Positions 60,395-64,000 of a stretch of 64,000 nucleotides of DNA are shown in pieces. The stretch lies in NCBI GenBank assembly GCA_965243135.1, contig OZ251539.1, positions 5,632,001 to 5,696,000 of the forward strand. The letters are read 5' to 3'. The notes below the pieces were generated by a model. The model had not been told where the DNA came from and searched no databases. It saw only the letters and a list, made by a program, of their open reading frames with translations. Position 1 is the first letter of the stretch. Every line of letters begins with the position of its first letter. Made by a program: the position numbers and the translations under genes. This DNA is from Alphaproteobacteria bacterium. Its GTDB lineage: Bacteria; Pseudomonadota; Alphaproteobacteria; MPNO01; UBA830.

Positions 60395-60802
60395 ATGGCG
60401 AATCCGGAGCGAGAAAGTCTGACGGAGCTCCAGATCGCGCGGTTCAAGCTCTGGTACGATCTTCTGAAAACTGTCAGGCATTTGCTCAGTATGGCGAAAT
60501 GGATGGGAATCTGCGTTTTCTCATACCTGTCCGTCGATGCGCTGGCGGGGAAGACCACGATGCTAAACGCCGTGTTCAAGTACGCCACAGGAAACAAACT
60601 CGCCGCGATCTTGCCTTGGTTGGCGGCGATATTCCTGCTTCTCTGGGCTCTGCTGGAGCGTGCGCTGCGGCGACGAAAAACGGCAGCGATGCAAGAGCAC
60701 ATTCGCAGACTCGAAACCTTGTTCGATCCCGCCCGGACTGGAGCCAGCCTGCTTCCGGACGGTCGAACCAACCCGAAGGAGAGATTGGATGTTGACTGCT
60801 GA
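60395..60802 (+). CDS. Hypothetical two-TM membrane protein
   Basis: Two hydrophobic segments followed by a charged helix ERALRRRK...IRRLE..DP.R. Lower GC. Confidence 0.7.
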   Translation: MANPERESLTELQIARFKLWYDLLKTVRHLLSMAKWMGICVFSYLSVDALAGKTTMLNAVFKYATGNKLAAILPWLAAIFLLLWALLERALRRRKTAAMQEHIRRLETLFDPARTGASLLPDGRTNPKERLDVDC

Positions 60803-61352
60803 AGGATTTCTGGACGTTGTCCTGATCTTGATCTCCGTGATCGTGTTGATCTGGTTCTTCTCTGGACCTTGGTCGTCCCTCTGGGTCGACATGTCGAGGC
60901 AAACCTGCTTCGAACTCAGGGATCGCCTGTTCTTGCTGGCGTTGGATGGACGGATCGGTTTCGACGACCCCATATACCGCAGGACTCGCGATTGGTTGAA
61001 CGCCTGCATCGGCCACGCGCATGAGATGAGATTCTGGAACTTCGTAGCATTCATCGCTGCGTGCAAACCTGATCTCGCTGTCCGCAAGGGTCTCCATGCG
61101 GAAATCCTCGAGATGGAAGACGGGCCGGTGAAAGCCCAATTGCTCGACATAGCCGGTAAAGCGGCCGCCGCGCAGCTCAATCTCATGGTCGTCCGCTCTC
61201 CTCTCCTTCTGGCGATCGCGGCGCTGGCGCGCCTGGCTCTTCTGGTCGGATTTGCAACGGGACGGCTTCGGACCGCCTATGAAAAAATGACCTTTTGGCC
61301 GGAGCGCATGATCTACAGCTACGATTCCCTCGACCGACCCGCAGCGGCATAG
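60789..61352 (+). CDS. Hypothetical membrane protein
   Basis: N-terminal TM, FELRDRLF...G.I.FD.P.Y...R..LN..I..AH, and a C-terminal TM. Overlaps the upstream gene by 14 nt. Confidence 0.7.
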   Translation: MLTAEGFLDVVLILISVIVLIWFFSGPWSSLWVDMSRQTCFELRDRLFLLALDGRIGFDDPIYRRTRDWLNACIGHAHEMRFWNFVAFIAACKPDLAVRKGLHAEILEMEDGPVKAQLLDIAGKAAAAQLNLMVVRSPLLLAIAALARLALLVGFATGRLRTAYEKMTFWPERMIYSYDSLDRPAAA

Positions 61353-62050
61353 ACGGGTAGAGTCGGGGACTGGCACGTTAGCGGTAGGGGCCGGTGGATG
61401 TTCCGTCGCTTTTGCTTCGGACCTCAGTCCGGCTCCTATGGCCACGTTTCCGGTCCCCGCTCTCCGAACCGAACATGCGGATTTCCCGCGCCTCCAGCGG
61501 GATCACCTGCAGCTTCGTTCCGATCTTCTTCTGTATGCCGAGCGACCGGTCCCGCGCCGTTCCCGTTTTCTGCCCGCGAGCGCCGCGCACCTTCGTCGCG
61601 CCGCGGACCGCGCTCGCACCGCGTTTCGACCAGCTGCCAGCCGCGCCCGTCCACCGACTGCTCCCGTCCTGCTTGAGTTGCGCGACGATCTTGTCCGTCG
61701 CTTCCCGGCGGGCGTCTCTCGCCGCTCTCCCTCCTCTTCCATGGCGAAGGCCGTCGCCGCGTCGACACGAGGATGTGCGGCGACGCTCCGCGCCGTGCGG
61801 CTTCGATCCGTTCAATCAGTTCGGCGGCCGTCGGGCTTGCGGCGCGCCGCCGCGGCAACCCGACATTCGCCATCCGCGTAGACCGAGGGTCCGCACGGTT
61901 CCTTGCGGGTCCGCCGGCCGGGCTGGGCGTCGAGCCGACGAAAAACGGCGCAGCGCGAACGCCTCCGAACGCCTTTGCCGACTGCCCGAAATCCGAATAC
62001 TATCTCCCCGGCGAGACTGCATCTTCAGTCGGAGGATCGGGAGAGGCGGC

Positions 62051-63235
62051 ATGACCGCAACGACCGCGGCGGCGGAACTCGTGGAACGCGCCCGTTCCGT
62101 CTCCGAGGAACTGAAGCCGCGGGCCGCGACCGCGGAGGAACTGCGCCGCGTCCCGGCGGAGAATTTCGAACGCGTTTGCGAAGCCGGCCTGCTCACCGTC
62201 ATCCAGTCCCGGCGCTGCGGCGGGCACGAGCTGTCGATGCGCGCCCATCTCGACGTCGTCTCCGCGATCGCCGAAGGCTGCGCTTCGACCTCCTGGGTTC
62301 TCGGCGTCATGCACGCCCACAGCTGGCTGATGGCGCATTTCCCGCACCGGGCGCAGGACGAGGTCTACGGGCAGGAACCGAACACGATGATCTCCGCGGT
62401 GCTGGCGCCGCGCGGAAAGGCGACGCGGCAGTCCGACGGCTCCTACCGGCTCGACGGCTTCTGGCCGTTCGGCTCGGGCTGCCAGCTGTCCAAATGGTTG
62501 ATTCTGGGCGCCGAGGTGTTCGACGAGAAGGGGGAGTTTCTCGATCTCGCGGACTTTCTGATACCGACGGCCGACGTGAATATCAGGGACGACTGGTACG
62601 TCGCGGGGCTGCAAGGCACCGGAAGCTGCTCCCTCGCGGTCGAGGCGCTGCAGATACCGCCGCACCGGTATCTTTCGATACTCGGCCTCATTGCCCGGGA
62701 CACGCCCGGCATGAAGGACGGGTACGAGGGCTGGCTGCACAAGGGCGAGCCGGTGCCCGTTCTTTCCCTCGCCCTGTGCGGCGGCGCAGCCGGGCTCGCC
62801 CGCGCCGCCGTCAGGGAGTTCCGCAAGGCCATCGTCGGCAAGACCGTCGCCTATACCGAGCACGTGCAGACCGAGTGGTCCTCGACTCACGTCACGCTGG
62901 GCGGCGCCGCCGCGCTGGCGGATGCGGGAGAGCTTCTGCTCTACCGCGCGGCCGACGACATCGACCGGCTCGCGCAGGCCGGCGAACCGATGTCCATGGA
63001 AATGCGCGGCCGGATGCGAATGGATTGCTCCCAGGGCGTGCGCTTCGCCCTGGAAGCCGCGGACCGGCTGTTCATCTCGAGCGGCGGCGCGGGGCTCGCT
63101 CTGAAAAGTCCGATGCAGCGGATCTCGCGCGACCTCCACGCGATCAACATGCACGGGCTGCTTCTCCACGAAGCCAGCGCCGAGATTTACGGGCGCGTTC
63201 TGCTCGGACTGGAGCCGAACACCATCATCATCTGA
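62051..63235 (+). CDS. Flavin-dependent monooxygenase, acyl-CoA dehydrogenase fold (HsaA/C2-hpaH-like)
   Basis: E.LRRVP, W.FGSGC, DDWYVAGLQGTGS, QRI.RDLHA...H. Confidence 0.88.
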   Translation: MTATTAAAELVERARSVSEELKPRAATAEELRRVPAENFERVCEAGLLTVIQSRRCGGHELSMRAHLDVVSAIAEGCASTSWVLGVMHAHSWLMAHFPHRAQDEVYGQEPNTMISAVLAPRGKATRQSDGSYRLDGFWPFGSGCQLSKWLILGAEVFDEKGEFLDLADFLIPTADVNIRDDWYVAGLQGTGSCSLAVEALQIPPHRYLSILGLIARDTPGMKDGYEGWLHKGEPVPVLSLALCGGAAGLARAAVREFRKAIVGKTVAYTEHVQTEWSSTHVTLGGAAALADAGELLLYRAADDIDRLAQAGEPMSMEMRGRMRMDCSQGVRFALEAADRLFISSGGAGLALKSPMQRISRDLHAINMHGLLLHEASAEIYGRVLLGLEPNTIII

Positions 63236-63272
63236 CAAGGGCGCGAAGACGCCCTGGAAGGGGAGAAACAGG

Positions 63273-64000
63273 ATGACGAACAGCAACAATCCGAACCGTC
63301 GCAAGTTCATGCGCTATACTGGAGCCGCCGCCCTGGCCGCGGCCCTGCCGGCGCCGGCGGTCCACGCGCAGCGGAGACCGGTGAAGATCGGATTCGTCAG
63401 CCCGCAAACAGGCCCGCTGGCCCCGTTCGGCGAGGCGGACCGGTTCGTGCTGGCCGACGTCAACAAGGCGCTGGCCAAGGGAATCAAGATCGGCAAGCGG
63501 ACCTATCCGGTCGAGATTCTTTCCCGCGATTCCCAGTCGAACCCCAACCGCGCGGCCGAGGTGGCGGCCGATCTCATCCTCCGCGACGAGATCGATCTGA
63601 TGATCGGATCGTCCTCGGGCGATACCGTGAACCCGATTTCCGACCAGTGCGAAGCCAACGAGGTGCCGTGCGTCACCGCCGACACGCCGTGGCAGATCGT
63701 GTATTTCGGGCGGGGCGGCACGCCCGAGAAGGGATTCAAGTGGACCTACCACTTCTTCTGGGGCATCGACGACATGATCGGCGTCTTCATCAGCATGTGG
63801 AAACTGCTGGGGAGCAACGGCAAGGTCGGGTCGCTCATCGAGAACAATACGGACGGCGTCGTCGCGGGCGATCCGAAGCGCGGTTTCCGCCCGCCGATGG
63901 AAGGGGCGGGCCTCGAGTATTTCCAGCCGCCGCTCTTCCCGCCGGGCACGGCCGACTTCACGGCCCAGATCAGCCGATTCAAGAAGGAAGGGGTCGAACT
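63273..64000 (+). CDS. Branched-chain amino-acid-type ABC substrate-binding protein with TAT signal, 3'-truncated
   Basis: NRRKFM TAT motif, KIGFVSPQTGPLA.FGE, DSQSNPNRA, WTYHFFWG. Not in the ORF track because it runs off the window. Confidence 0.88.
   Translation, partial: MTNSNNPNRRKFMRYTGAAALAAALPAPAVHAQRRPVKIGFVSPQTGPLAPFGEADRFVLADVNKALAKGIKIGKRTYPVEILSRDSQSNPNRAAEVAADLILRDEIDLMIGSSSGDTVNPISDQCEANEVPCVTADTPWQIVYFGRGGTPEKGFKWTYHFFWGIDDMIGVFISMWKLLGSNGKVGSLIENNTDGVVAGDPKRGFRPPMEGAGLEYFQPPLFPPGTADFTAQISRFKKEGVE

Overview
High-GC bacterial window. It is most likely alphaproteobacterial (class I lysyl-tRNA synthetase divergent from a DinG helicase). A host-associated origin such as a sponge symbiont is only an inference, drawn from the many solo ATPase-nuclease genes. 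The backbone is catabolic and transport genes: LigA/LigB extradiol dioxygenase, a MetE-like enzyme, FAH hydrolase, CHM isomerase, a non-respiratory reductive dehalogenase, P450, PhyH dioxygenase, a flavin monooxygenase, a complete Dpp/Opp ABC transporter and a NitT/TauT ABC transporter. Nearly every gap between these operons holds accessory DNA. This includes seven P-loop ATPase(-nuclease) genes, three of them mosaic paralogs and two of those in a 1.87-kb direct duplication. It also includes a Panacea antitoxin plus membrane-protein pair, HipBA, an Rpn pseudogene, several uncharacterised two-gene modules, and heavily eroded remnants of IS607/TnpB, an ISKra4-like transposase, a PIN gene, a YhaN-like ATPase, a Mu-like portal and possibly ArdC. 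An intact 1649-bp IS with 18-bp TIRs and a 9-bp TSD interrupts a PqqC/TenA-like gene. The ORF track misses a selenoprotein: a peroxiredoxin-like gene with an in-frame UGA in a U-x-x-C motif followed by a SECIS-like hairpin. No rRNA, tRNA or CRISPR array was recognised. All family assignments are from motif recognition, not database searches.
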